Shown here: positions 46,833-56,656 of the stretch, piece after piece
Layout of the letters: the number at the start of each line of letters is the position of its first letter
Numbering within the stretch: position 1 is the first letter of the stretch
Source: an uncultured Alphaproteobacteria bacterium
GTDB taxonomy: Bacteria > Pseudomonadota > Alphaproteobacteria > Rs-D84
Assembly (NCBI GenBank): GCA_949878575.1
Contig: CATLAX010000002.1
Coordinates: 357,634-421,633 of the forward strand
Length of the DNA stretch: 64,000 bases
Direction of reading: 5' to 3'
The notes under the pieces: generated by a model
Databases searched by the model: none
What the model saw: the letters and a program-made list of their open reading frames with translations, nothing else
Told to the model about the DNA's origin: nothing
Translations under genes and position numbers: made by a program

Positions 46833-48050
46833 TTATTCATATCGCAGACTGTCAATCGGGTTTAGTTTGGCCGCCTTTAACGCCGGCACCACCCCGGACG
46901 CCAGTCCCACAATCACCGCAACAGACACCGACAGCACCACCGGCCAGATTGAAAACGGCACGTTGTATCCCAGGATAAGACGCCCCACCCCCTGGGACAG
47001 GCCCACCCCCAGAATCAGCCCCGTCATTGAGCCGATAAAGGATATGAATATGGATTCTGACAGGAACTGTATTATTATCTGGCGTTCACGGGCGCCGATG
47101 GCCTTGCGCACGCCGATTTCACGCGTACGTTCCGCAACAGACACCAGCATCATGTTCATAATGCCGATTGAACCCACCAACAGTGACACCGCCGCAATCG
47201 CAATCAGCAGCATTTTTAAATACCCCGTAACGGTGTTCATTGTTTCCATAACCTGTTTCATGTCCATAATCTGGAAATCATCCGCGGCGTCGTCCTTTAA
47301 CCGGTGCCGGTCGCGCAACAGTGCGGTTATCTGGTTTGTTGCCACGGTATTGTCTGCATCCGGATACAGTTTTAATGCAATCATGCCGACCGCGTTCGGA
47401 AAACGGCTGCCCTGCAGGCGCTTTTTTAATGTTGTTATCGGAATTATTATCATGTCGTCCTGGCTGCCCATGGCGGAATCGCCCTTTGCCCGGGTCATGC
47501 CTATTACGACAAAAGGCGTGTTTTGAACACGTATAACCTGGCCCACGGGGTCCGCCGGCAGGTCCAGTTCTTTTGCCGTTGTGGGCCCGATTACGGCATA
47601 TGTGGCCGCATTACGCACGGCTGCGTCGTCAAAGAACGTTCCCTTGTCCATTTCAACGTTTTGAACCGTCGTATAGGCGGGATACGCCCCGACCATGGAC
47701 GTGGCCCAGTTTTTATTGCCATAGACCACCTGGGCCGCGCTGTTCTGAACAGGCGTTATCGCCATAACATCCGGCAGGCGTCCTATAAATTCCGCATCAT
47801 CCGTGGTTAAGGTCTGGCGGTTGCCACTGCGCACGCCGCCCGTTTGCGCCGCACCGGCGCGAATCATAATAGTGTTCGTCCCCAGGGATGAAAACTGGTC
47901 CGTTATCTGCCGTTGCACGGTTTCACCCACGGCAACCATTATAACCACCGCCATAACGCCGATAACAATGCCCAGAACCGTTAAAAACGAGCGCATCTTG
48001 TTCCCGGAAACGGAAAGCCATGATTCCTTAAAAATATCGTTAAACGTCAT
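46833..48050 (-). CDS. MacB-type ABC transporter permease (FtsX family)
   Basis: N-terminal TM helix, large periplasmic domain, C-terminal 3-TM FtsX domain. Confidence 0.85.
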   Translation of the reverse strand: MTFNDIFKESWLSVSGNKMRSFLTVLGIVIGVMAVVIMVAVGETVQRQITDQFSSLGTNTIMIRAGAAQTGGVRSGNRQTLTTDDAEFIGRLPDVMAITPVQNSAAQVVYGNKNWATSMVGAYPAYTTVQNVEMDKGTFFDDAAVRNAATYAVIGPTTAKELDLPADPVGQVIRVQNTPFVVIGMTRAKGDSAMGSQDDMIIIPITTLKKRLQGSRFPNAVGMIALKLYPDADNTVATNQITALLRDRHRLKDDAADDFQIMDMKQVMETMNTVTGYLKMLLIAIAAVSLLVGSIGIMNMMLVSVAERTREIGVRKAIGARERQIIIQFLSESIFISFIGSMTGLILGVGLSQGVGRLILGYNVPFSIWPVVLSVSVAVIVGLASGVVPALKAAKLNPIDSLRYE

Positions 48051-48065
48051 TGTTTCCCCCCGGGG

Positions 48066-48791
48066 CTACAGATTACGGTCGCTTTTCGGCATGGGGCCGT
48101 CGTAATTTATATGGCCGTCGCGAATATGAATTAGCCGCGACGCATACTTTGCAATGTCAAATTCATGGGTAATCATGACAATCGTAATGCCCATGTCGTG
48201 ATTTAGCTGCTTAAAGAATTTCAAAATTTCGTTACCCATTTTACTGTCCAGGGCGCCGGTCGGCTCGTCCGCCAAAATCAATTTCGGGTCGCCGGCCAGG
48301 GCGCGCGCAATCGCGACGCGCTGCTTCATTCCGCCCGACAGCTGCGTCGGCAGATAATTTTCAAATTTTTCCAGTCCCACGCGCTTTAACATTTCGCGCG
48401 CGCGCCGCACGCGTTCCGACATCGGCAGCCCGCGGTACATCAGCGGCAACATCACGTTGTCCAGCACCGTCCGCTTTGCCAACAGATTAAACTGCTGAAA
48501 AACAAAGCCTATGTGCTGGTTGCGAATCACGGCCAGTTCGTCCGCAGACAGGCCCGTAATATTCCTGCCGTACAGTTCGTACGTCCCGCCTGACGGCGTG
48601 TCCAGCGCACCTATGATATTCATGCACGTTGATTTTCCGGAACCAGACGGCCCCATAATCGCCACAAATTCGCCGGCATGAACGTCAAAGGTTATGTCAA
48701 ACAAAACCTGCTGGGCGCCGCCGACCTCTAACGGGAAAATCTTCGTGATGCTTTTCAGCGATATTATAATTTCCGGTTTTTTGCTTTTCAT
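48066..48791 (-). CDS. ABC transporter ATP-binding protein (MacB/LolD type)
   Basis: Walker [13 protein letters not shown] signature LSGGMKQR, Walker [12 protein letters not shown]; start set at [13 protein letters not shown]. Confidence 0.85.
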   Translation of the reverse strand: MKSKKPEIIISLKSITKIFPLEVGGAQQVLFDITFDVHAGEFVAIMGPSGSGKSTCMNIIGALDTPSGGTYELYGRNITGLSADELAVIRNQHIGFVFQQFNLLAKRTVLDNVMLPLMYRGLPMSERVRRAREMLKRVGLEKFENYLPTQLSGGMKQRVAIARALAGDPKLILADEPTGALDSKMGNEILKFFKQLNHDMGITIVMITHEFDIAKYASRLIHIRDGHINYDGPMPKSDRNL

Positions 48792-48813
48792 ATGCCGCAC
48801 CGCCTTTGTCACA

Positions 48814-49995
48814 TTACATCGGGCCGCCCGGACCACGGCCGCCGCCATTGCGCTTGGCCCCGGTGGCGCCGGCGGAATCCATTCCCGCACGCCCGACGAT
48901 TATACGGTCGCCCTGCACTATTTCATCAGAGACAACCTCTGTCTCCGTCGCGGTTACCAACCCCTTTTCAAACGGGACCAGTGTCGCCTGTTCGCCCCGC
49001 AACAACGCCAGGTGTGTTTTAGGCGTCGCATCGCCCGGATTTTCCACTATTCCTTCAAAACTGCGCAGCAACAGGGCCGCATTCTGAACCTTCCAAACAT
49101 CGTGCTTTTCCGTTACGATGATTGTTACAAACGCCGTCATGCCCGGCATCAAGCGCAAATCGGAATTGTCAACATCTATCACCACCGTGTATACCACAAC
49201 GTTTGACGTTGTTGTCGGCGACAGGCGTATCTGGCGAACCACGCCTTCAAATGTCTGGGTCGGGTACGCGTCAACGGTGAATGTCACCGCCTGGCCTTCC
49301 TTTATTACGCCAATATCCGCCTCTGACACGGATGTTTCTATCTGCATACTGGTCAAATCTTCGGCTATTTCAAACAAATCAGGCGTCTGGAAAGATGCGG
49401 CGACCGTCTGGCCTTTGTCCACCTTGCGCGATATGACTGTGCCGTCCACGGGCGACGTAATCGTCGCATAGCCCAGGTTTGTCACAGCACGGTCGTACTG
49501 CGACTGGGCCCGTTTAACAGACTGTTCCGCCTGTTCATAGGTTGTCTGCGACTGCTCCATTTCCGCACGCGCGATATAGCCGTCGTTGTACAGGGTCTTG
49601 TTGCGCTTATATTCATTGCGGGCATAATTACGCTGGGACACGGCGGAATCAAGGGATGCTTTTGCCTCGTCCACGGACGCCTGCAGAACGGACGGCTCTA
49701 TTTTCAACAGCAAGTCGCCCTTTTTAACCTTTGAATTGTAATCCACGTACAGCTCGTCAATCGTACCGGATACCTGGGAACCGACACTGACCGTGTTTAC
49801 GGGCTTAATCTCGCCGGTGGCGGTCACAACCTGGCGCAGTTCACCCTTGTTTATCGGCAGGGTTACAAAGTCACCTTTTTTGGATTTGCCGCCGCCAAAT
49901 ATCAGCATCGCGCCAACAACAACCGCCGCCAGAATCAAAACCCACCATTTTCTGCGCCACAGCCATTTAAAAACGGCCTTTATTTTATTTTTCAT
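48814..49995 (-). CDS. HlyD/MacA-family periplasmic adaptor subunit
   Basis: N-terminal TM anchor, coiled-coil hairpin, barrel domains typical of membrane fusion proteins. Confidence 0.85.
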   Translation of the reverse strand: MKNKIKAVFKWLWRRKWWVLILAAVVVGAMLIFGGGKSKKGDFVTLPINKGELRQVVTATGEIKPVNTVSVGSQVSGTIDELYVDYNSKVKKGDLLLKIEPSVLQASVDEAKASLDSAVSQRNYARNEYKRNKTLYNDGYIARAEMEQSQTTYEQAEQSVKRAQSQYDRAVTNLGYATITSPVDGTVISRKVDKGQTVAASFQTPDLFEIAEDLTSMQIETSVSEADIGVIKEGQAVTFTVDAYPTQTFEGVVRQIRLSPTTTSNVVVYTVVIDVDNSDLRLMPGMTAFVTIIVTEKHDVWKVQNAALLLRSFEGIVENPGDATPKTHLALLRGEQATLVPFEKGLVTATETEVVSDEIVQGDRIIVGRAGMDSAGATGAKRNGGGRGPGGPM

Positions 49996-51322
49996 AATCT
50001 ATACCCTCCTGTTCCAGTTCGGCCTTTATTTCCCCCACAGCCAGCGCAACCGCCGCCCGTTTTGTAAACAAATCATATTTGGCCGCGTTGTTCTGCTTTT
50101 GCGCGTCAACCAGTTCCGACTGCGCCGTCTGCCAGTCCAGCATGGTCGCACGCCCCACCTTGTACATGCCGGCGGTGACCTTTTCGCTTTCCGTTGCAGA
50201 CTGCAACAGTGTTTCCGTCTGGGTCAAAACCTTTTGCGCCGTTTTATAGTTCTGATACGCCGTAAATATATCCAGCGCGGCATTATCCGCCGCCGCACGC
50301 TCAGACTCTTTGGCACGGTCATAGTTCGCCTCGGCCGAACGCACGCCATAATAATTTGCAAAACCCGCAAAAATAGGCATGGATGCACGGATACCGATAC
50401 TGCCGGAAACCTTGTGCCCGTCGTTTGCAAACGAATCCAATTCCGTATCGTTCCAGGAAATGGAGCCGGTCGCAGAAATACTGGGCAAATTCTTTAAAAA
50501 AGACGCATTTCGCCGGTGCCAGGCCGCATCCTTGTTCGCGGTCGCACGCAGCAAATCGGGACGGCTGCGCCGGGCGGCCTCCAGCAGCTCGTCAATGCTT
50601 TTGTTTTCCGTTGTACGCCCGAAATTTGACGGCATGTCCTGAATCACAATATCCTGGTCGGCGGGAAACGACAATTTTGACAACAGTGTTCCCTTTGCGA
50701 TTTCACGGTTGTTTTTCGCCCGCTCCAGCGCCAGCTCACGACTGGCCAGGGTTGTTTCCGCCTTTAACACATCTGCCTTGGCGACAGAGCCGGCCTTGTA
50801 CTTCTTTTGCGCCATGTCGCGCGCGGTCTGGGCCACTGTCCGCAGTGAATCAGCACTGGCCACGTCCGCATCCGCGTTAAGCAGCGCATAATACGCCCCG
50901 ATTACACCGTATACGTAATCCTGAATACTTTCGTCATAATCAAAACCGGTGGCACGCCATGTCGCGGCCAAAGTATTTAAATCCGCCAGACGTTTTCCAA
51001 AATCAAAAATCAGATAAGACGCCGACAATGACGCCCCGTAATTCCAATCGCCCCAGTCTTTGTTGCGGTAATCGCGACCCGCACTGGCCCCGGCGGAAAT
51101 ACTCGGCAAATAACCGGCATAACCCGCGTTTTTTGAAAAGCGCGCCGATTCGGCCGCCAAATATGCGGATGTTGTTTGTGGATTCCGGCACAGCCCCAGC
51201 TCTATTACCTCTTGCAGTCCCAGCGGCGTTTCCGGCAAAGTTTGGCGCGTGGCGCAATTTTCAACAGGCGCGCCAAACGCAGATAATGGCAAAAAACATG
51301 CCAATAATGTAAACTTTCTCAT
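49985..51322 (-). CDS. TolC-family outer membrane efflux channel
   Basis: Signal peptide, tandem coiled-coil plus beta repeats, 445 aa; heads the efflux operon. Confidence 0.85.
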   Translation of the reverse strand: MRKFTLLACFLPLSAFGAPVENCATRQTLPETPLGLQEVIELGLCRNPQTTSAYLAAESARFSKNAGYAGYLPSISAGASAGRDYRNKDWGDWNYGASLSASYLIFDFGKRLADLNTLAATWRATGFDYDESIQDYVYGVIGAYYALLNADADVASADSLRTVAQTARDMAQKKYKAGSVAKADVLKAETTLASRELALERAKNNREIAKGTLLSKLSFPADQDIVIQDMPSNFGRTTENKSIDELLEAARRSRPDLLRATANKDAAWHRRNASFLKNLPSISATGSISWNDTELDSFANDGHKVSGSIGIRASMPIFAGFANYYGVRSAEANYDRAKESERAAADNAALDIFTAYQNYKTAQKVLTQTETLLQSATESEKVTAGMYKVGRATMLDWQTAQSELVDAQKQNNAAKYDLFTKRAAVALAVGEIKAELEQEGIDYEK

Positions 51323-51385
51323 ACTTTTAACTCTCTATCCTGAGCGACATTATATCACAAATCGTCAAAAACGCGAAATTTTCTG

Positions 51386-51414
51386 TTGAATTGATGTTAA
51401 TTTTTGCCTAGTAT
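51386..51414 (+). promoter_or_regulatory. Candidate promoter for tRNA-Cys (TTGAAT-17-TAGTAT)
   Basis: -35 at 51386-51391, 17-nt spacer, -10 at 51409-51414; tRNA begins 9 nt downstream. Confidence 0.4.
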
Positions 51415-51423
51415 GGGTGCACC

Positions 51424-51497
51424 GGCCTGGTGGCAGAGTGGTTATGCAGAGGACTGCAAATCCTTGTATGCCGGTTCGATTCCGACCCAGGCCTCCA
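51424..51497 (+). tRNA. tRNA-Cys (GCA)
   Basis: 74 nt; 7-bp acceptor GGCCTGG/CCAGGCC; anticodon loop CTGCAAA; TTCGATT T-loop; encoded CCA. Confidence 0.9.
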
Positions 51498-51500
51498 AAA

Positions 51501-51534
51501 TAAAACGCCCCGAACGGGGCGGTTTGTTTTTTGT
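51501..51534 (+). terminator. Terminator after tRNA-Cys (AAACGCCCCGAACGGGGCGGTTTGTTTTTT)
   Basis: GC stem-loop plus T-run. Confidence 0.6.
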
Positions 51535-51577
51535 GTTTCATTTGTTTTCCGCAATTAAAAACATCTATATTTTGATA

Positions 51578-51612
51578 AAAAAATTGCCGGCATTTGCCGG
51601 CATTTTCATATG
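51578..51612. terminator. Terminator downstream of parB (GCCGGCATTTGCCGGCA hairpin with A/T-runs)
   Basis: Hairpin immediately after the parB stop (minus strand). Confidence 0.55.
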
Positions 51613-51615
51613 TTT

Positions 51616-52488
51616 TTATTCACACAATTTTTCAACCAGTTCCTGCATCTGAACACGGGTTGTGAACGATAAAACAAACTGACCCGCGCCACCGCGACGC
51701 TCCACCAAACGCACAGGTACCCCCAGTGCCGCCTTTATCCGCGATTCGATGTCACGACGCGTTTCATCGTCTATTGTTTTTGATGTAAACGCCCGGCTTT
51801 TTCCGGAACGACCGCCCTGCTTTACCATCTGCGCAATATCCGCAACCGGTATTTTTTCTGCAACTATTCTTTTGGCCAGCGCCTCTTGATTATCCGCCAC
51901 CGCAATGGTGCGCGCCGCAGACGCGGAAAGTTCGCCCCGCTCCACCATTTCCTTGACCGGCGCATCCAGCGAATTTAAGCGCATTATGTTTCTGATATAG
52001 CTTTCGGACTTTCCAATCAAACGCGACACATCCGCTAAATCATAACCGCACTTGTCCATTAGATTCTGGTATGCGGCGCCCTCTTCTATCGGGTTAAGAT
52101 TTTCACGCTGAACATTTTCAATCAGCGCTATTTCCATGGCGTTTTCATTGCTAAGCGTTTTAACCAGGGCCGGAATTTCCGCCAGACCGGCCAAACGACT
52201 GGCACGGAAACGCCGTTCACCAGCGACAATTTCATACATATACGGACGCCCCGTTACGGCACGCACCAAAATCGGCTGCAAAACGCCCTTCTCTTTTATT
52301 GACGCGGCCAGCTCTGCCAGTTCATCGTCCGTAAAAGTTTTACGCGGCTGATCGGGATTTGCACCAATCTGCACCAACGGAATATGTTTTACCACAACGC
52401 GCTCGGCCCCGGTTAACATGGATATGTCCGGTATGGCGCTCATCTCCTTGCTTAAATCACCCAATCCCTTGCCCAAAAACTTAGACAT
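51616..52488 (-). CDS. parB: Chromosome partitioning protein ParB
   Basis: ParB N-terminal box, HTH and dimerisation domains; start at MSKFLGKGLGDL with AAGGAGG RBS (ORF opens at 52674); overlaps parA stop. Confidence 0.9.
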   Translation of the reverse strand: MSKFLGKGLGDLSKEMSAIPDISMLTGAERVVVKHIPLVQIGANPDQPRKTFTDDELAELAASIKEKGVLQPILVRAVTGRPYMYEIVAGERRFRASRLAGLAEIPALVKTLSNENAMEIALIENVQRENLNPIEEGAAYQNLMDKCGYDLADVSRLIGKSESYIRNIMRLNSLDAPVKEMVERGELSASAARTIAVADNQEALAKRIVAEKIPVADIAQMVKQGGRSGKSRAFTSKTIDDETRRDIESRIKAALGVPVRLVERRGGAGQFVLSFTTRVQMQELVEKLCE

Positions 52489-53260
52489 TTTTGCCTCCTT
52501 CGCTGCGCTGTACCACCTCTGTCGCGACACGCAGATACGCCTGGGCGCCGGTGGAGTTAAAATCGTAAAACAATGCCGGCTTGCCGTGGCTGGGCGCCTC
52601 TGACACGCGCACATTGCGCGGAACAACCGTTTTAAACACCTTGTCGCCGAATGATTCACGTACGTTGTCGTCAACCTCCCGCGTTAGGCCGTAACGCCGG
52701 TCATACATCGTCAGCAGCACACCCAGAATTTCCAATTCCGGATTCCATTCCGCACGCACGGCCTTTATCGTGTTCATTAACAGCTGCACCCCCTCCAACG
52801 CAAAGAATTCACACTGTAGTGGAATAATCACCTCGTTCGCGGCCGTCAATGCATTAATCGTCAACTGGCCCAATGCAGGGGGACAATCCAGCAAAATATA
52901 ATCATAATGCTGTAAAATCGGCGCCAGCGCATCACGCAAGCGAAACGCCCGGTTTTCAACATCCAACAAATCTATTTCCAACCGCGCCAAGGCCTGGGAC
53001 GCCGGCATTAAATGCAACCCCGGAACCGCCGTGGACAAAATATTGTCTGCGGCAGGCGCCGTACCCATTATCACGCCGTAAACACTTTGCCGGCACGATT
53101 CGCGCACGAAACCCAATCCGGTTCCGGCATTGCCCTGTTGATCCAAATCAATCAACAGCACGCGCTTTTTTATCGCCGCCAGTGATGCGCCAATATTAAT
53201 TGCAGTTGTGGTCTTGCCCACGCCCCCCTTTTGATTTGCAAATGCTATTATCTTTGTCAT
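52481..53260 (-). CDS. parA: Chromosome partitioning ATPase ParA (Soj)
   Basis: Deviant Walker A NQKGGVGKTTTAINI; 259 aa. Confidence 0.95.
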   Translation of the reverse strand: MTKIIAFANQKGGVGKTTTAINIGASLAAIKKRVLLIDLDQQGNAGTGLGFVRESCRQSVYGVIMGTAPAADNILSTAVPGLHLMPASQALARLEIDLLDVENRAFRLRDALAPILQHYDYILLDCPPALGQLTINALTAANEVIIPLQCEFFALEGVQLLMNTIKAVRAEWNPELEILGVLLTMYDRRYGLTREVDDNVRESFGDKVFKTVVPRNVRVSEAPSHGKPALFYDFNSTGAQAYLRVATEVVQRSEGGKNV

Positions 53261-53410
53261 TCTTCCTTTCCGATATTTTTCGTTTTTAGAGTATAAAATC
53301 CCCCAGCACCAGTCAAGGCATTAAAATATAAAAATATTTTCTGTATAAAAACATTGAAAAACAATAAGTTATACAATATTTCATATGAAACAAAACGAAT
53401 CGCCCGTTTT

Positions 53411-53439
53411 TTTGACAAACATCACATCTTGTGCTATCC
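53411..53439 (+). promoter_or_regulatory. Near-consensus sigma70-type promoter (TTGACA-17-TATCCT)
   Basis: -35 TTGACA at 53411-53416, 17-nt spacer, -10 TATCCT at 53434-53439; about 30 nt upstream of the AAGGAG RBS and GTG start. Confidence 0.45.
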
Positions 53440-53468
53440 TTAATAGGATATATTTAAGGAGAAAGATT

Positions 53469-54419
53469 GTGAAAATTAAATTTAAAAAGCTATTCAAATG
53501 GTCTTTGCCTGCAATTATTATAACAACCGGCGCGTTCGTTTCTTCGCACACATCCGCCAACATTCAAAACAAGGAAGAAGTACAAAAAGCGGCAACAACC
53601 ATAAAAGACAACCGTCCGGAAATAAGAATCAGATATGATACCATTTATCTTACGGAAGAATATCTGGATACAAATAAAAGCATCAATCTGGGACTATTCT
53701 TACCAACCGACAACAGCGTCAGCATGAAACATTTTGTTCCGGTTGACAGCACAAAACGCGTAATGAATTTTGCCCAAACCCACAACAGCCAGCGCGCGGC
53801 TATTTTGCGTCACGAGCTGGAGCACGGCCGCAAGGCGCACCTGTGGGCAAACACAGAAGACAGGGCGCCGTTCGTACGCGGCCAGATAGCATGCATGAAC
53901 GAGGTTATGGCCCCGGCCGGAGAGGTTATAGAAAGCGCCGAGAACGAATGGCTGACCGGCATTCCGACCCAGGGTCCGGACATGTTGAAAAAAACAACCA
54001 GCGCCATTTTAGACGAAAACAGAAAAACACCTTTTGGCTTAATGGGCGGGGTTGACTTTACAAACCAGAAAATTGCGGATATTGTTTTAAAATACGCAAT
54101 AGATAAATATATCAGGGAGTTTAACCGCGGCGTTTACAAATGGCCTGTACGAAAAAAACTGGACGCGAACAGAAAACATATCAATTACAAACCAAACAAA
54201 GAATGCAATCCCATGGACAAAATAATGTTCTTTCCGGAAAGCGGCGACTGGAGCCAGATGTTTGCATACAAAACCAAAAGCGGCAAAAATATAAACATAT
54301 GGAAAAGTGCATCAGAAAAAATGCGCCGCGAGGTACGGGAACGTGTTGATTCTGCGACAAACTCATTACTAAAGCCCGGCGAATACTTAACTGCTTTTAA
54401 AACACCGGAAAAAAAGTAA
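53469..54419 (+). CDS. Secreted hypothetical protein with HExxH zinc-metalloprotease-like motif (lower GC)
   Basis: GTG start after AAGGAG RBS gives signal peptide VKIKFKKLFKWSLPAIIITTGAFVSSHTSA; HELEH motif in …AAILRHELEHGRKAHLW…; AT-rich codon usage. Confidence 0.6.
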   Translation: MKIKFKKLFKWSLPAIIITTGAFVSSHTSANIQNKEEVQKAATTIKDNRPEIRIRYDTIYLTEEYLDTNKSINLGLFLPTDNSVSMKHFVPVDSTKRVMNFAQTHNSQRAAILRHELEHGRKAHLWANTEDRAPFVRGQIACMNEVMAPAGEVIESAENEWLTGIPTQGPDMLKKTTSAILDENRKTPFGLMGGVDFTNQKIADIVLKYAIDKYIREFNRGVYKWPVRKKLDANRKHINYKPNKECNPMDKIMFFPESGDWSQMFAYKTKSGKNINIWKSASEKMRREVRERVDSATNSLLKPGEYLTAFKTPEKK

Positions 54420-54430
54420 AATTAAAAACT

Positions 54431-54468
54431 TACCGGTAATTTCATGTGAAATTACCGGTGTTTTTGTA
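54431..54468. terminator. Long perfect hairpin terminator (ACCGGTAATTT-CATGTG-AAATTACCGGT then T-run); overlaps the 3' end of rsmG
   Basis: 11-bp stem read directly; follows the HExxH gene stop. Confidence 0.55.
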
Positions 54469-55012
54469 TAATTATTATAAAACCGTCACCGGTCTTTGAC
54501 GGAATAAGATCATAATCAAAAGAATATTTCTTTTTGGCCTCTTTAACCTCAGCCTCTATTTCCCGGCCTTTTAATAAAAAAAGCCGGCATTTTGTTTTAA
54601 AAACATAATCCAAAATTTTTACAAGTGGCGCAAATGCACGTGCTGTAAATATTGTGTTGCCGGCATTTACCGGTGTTTTCGCAATAAAATCTTCAACCCG
54701 GCCGTGATAAATCGTTAAATTATCCAGGGCCAGATTTGTTTTTACATCATTCAAAAAGGCGACCTTTTTACCGATTGATTCAATACATGTCACGCGCCAG
54801 CCCAAAATAGCCAGCACAACACCGGGAAAACCGGCACCACTGCCCAAATCTATGATATTTGCATCCCGCGGCAAAACATCCGCCAACTGGGCACTGTCGG
54901 CAAAATGCCGCGTTTCAATATCTTTTAACGTACTGGGCGCAACCAGGTTCATCTTTTCAGACCACCGGCGCAGCATCGCAGCATACTGTTCAAATTTCAC
55001 TTTATTATTCAT
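54452..55012 (-). CDS. rsmG: 16S rRNA (guanine527-N7)-methyltransferase RsmG (GidB)
   Basis: SAM-binding motif IIDLGSGAGFPGVVLAI; 186 aa. Confidence 0.9.
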   Translation of the reverse strand: MNNKVKFEQYAAMLRRWSEKMNLVAPSTLKDIETRHFADSAQLADVLPRDANIIDLGSGAGFPGVVLAILGWRVTCIESIGKKVAFLNDVKTNLALDNLTIYHGRVEDFIAKTPVNAGNTIFTARAFAPLVKILDYVFKTKCRLFLLKGREIEAEVKEAKKKYSFDYDLIPSKTGDGFIIIIQKHR

Positions 55013-55039
55013 AAGGTTTATTGTAGCATAATATTTGTC

Positions 55040-56656
55040 ATGAAAAAAATAGAAACTTTATTTGTTGGAACCGGTCTGATTGTCGCATTGGCGGCGGCCG
55101 GAATTTTGGTTTGGAATTCATTGGCACCACGCGGCGCCACGCAACCGCACCAGTATCCCACGACAAAATACGGTGCGTTTTTGGCGGCCCAGCACGCCAT
55201 TTATGTAAATGATTTTGAGCGGGCGGCGGAATTTTCATCCGTTTTGTCCGACAAGGATTATGCCGTCGTTCAAAACACCCGCATGATGTCAGAGTTTTTA
55301 AGCGGACGCATGCCTGCGGACGCAAAAAAGCTGAGCGATGAAAAAAATGCGGCGGCAGGACTGATTTATGATGCGTATCTGGTCGGGCAGGGTGACTGGG
55401 AATCATTGTACAAACGGCATAAAAAAGACATGTCGGCATTGTCAGCACCACTGCGCATATGGTCGTCGGTCGCAACGGGACGCAGCGACGATGCGCTAAA
55501 ATTTGTTGAAAAACTGCCGACAAATGAATCATGGAAGGCGTTCATGCGCGGGCAAATTCACGCACAAAGCGGCGACAATGCGGCGGCCGCCAAAGAATTT
55601 GCCACCGTGGCGCCAGATTTTATGAACATAAACGATTATTTGTATGTAATGTCGTTTTACCGTCACAACAACATGGACAAAGATGCAGACAAACTGCGCC
55701 GTGAATTCACATCGCGACCGGGCGGAATGTACATGCTGGATTACGATTTTGTACCCGACTGGTCACAGTACGCCGGGAACAACAACGCACTGGCGTTCAG
55801 TCTGGTTCAAAACGTGTCGCACACCCAGATTATGATGTATTCCGATCTGGCGCTGTTGCTGTTGCGGTTTGCTCAGCTGGCCGGACCGGAATACGCGGCA
55901 TCGGGCGATGCGGTCAACTATTACCTGGGCCAGTATTTTTATAACAATTCCGGAGATTGCGAAAAATATTTCGGCATGATAGACACCCACAGTCCGTTTT
56001 ATCTGTTTGGTGTTTTGCGCATGACGGACAAAGACGGCGACTTTGACAGACTGGCCGCGGCGTTTGAACAAAACCCGCTGTTCGTGCCGGGCGCAAACAG
56101 GTTAATTGCGCATTATATAGCAACCGGGAACCGCCGCGGCGCCATGCGCGTGGCGGAACGCGCGATGGAAAATGAAAACATAACACCGGCCGGCCGGGGC
56201 TATTTCCTAAAATCGCGCGCGCATATAAACTTTGTGTTCGGCGACACGGCCGCAGCCCAGGCAGATTTAAGGGCGGCGTCTGACGCATTGCCGATGGACG
56301 GTGAAATTCTGGCGCTGCAGGCAAAGATATGGGCGGCGGAAAACCGTGAGATAGAAAACGCGTACGAATACGCAATGGGTCTGGTGCGTCAAAACCCGAC
56401 TGATGTGGCCGCATGGGATGTACTGGGGCGGGTTGTCGCCGTCCGCGAAGGGGCGCCGGCCGCACTGGAATTAATATCGCGCGTGGGCGAAATATCAAAT
56501 TCATGTTCGTCGCTGTTTGAACAGCTGGGGGACCTGTACGTCCAGACGGGGAATACAAAGCTGGCCCGGGATGCATACTCGCGCGCCATTGATCTGGCCG
56601 ACGACGGTCTGACCGTTGTGCCGGTGGTTGAAAAAAAGATAAGGAATTTAAAATGA
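55040..56656 (+). CDS. Large TPR-like repeat protein with N-terminal TM/signal anchor
   Basis: 538 aa, helical repeat content, hydrophobic N-terminus; 4-nt overlap with gpsA start. Confidence 0.55.
   Translation: MKKIETLFVGTGLIVALAAAGILVWNSLAPRGATQPHQYPTTKYGAFLAAQHAIYVNDFERAAEFSSVLSDKDYAVVQNTRMMSEFLSGRMPADAKKLSDEKNAAAGLIYDAYLVGQGDWESLYKRHKKDMSALSAPLRIWSSVATGRSDDALKFVEKLPTNESWKAFMRGQIHAQSGDNAAAAKEFATVAPDFMNINDYLYVMSFYRHNNMDKDADKLRREFTSRPGGMYMLDYDFVPDWSQYAGNNNALAFSLVQNVSHTQIMMYSDLALLLLRFAQLAGPEYAASGDAVNYYLGQYFYNNSGDCEKYFGMIDTHSPFYLFGVLRMTDKDGDFDRLAAAFEQNPLFVPGANRLIAHYIATGNRRGAMRVAERAMENENITPAGRGYFLKSRAHINFVFGDTAAAQADLRAASDALPMDGEILALQAKIWAAENREIENAYEYAMGLVRQNPTDVAAWDVLGRVVAVREGAPAALELISRVGEISNSCSSLFEQLGDLYVQTGNTKLARDAYSRAIDLADDGLTVVPVVEKKIRNLK

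Noticed and set aside
51323-53384. Searched the parAB/rsmG region and other AT-rich intergenic stretches for DnaA boxes (TTATCCACA/TGTGGATAA) as a possible oriC
   Set aside because: No DnaA-box consensus was found by eye in these intervals; no oriC call is made.
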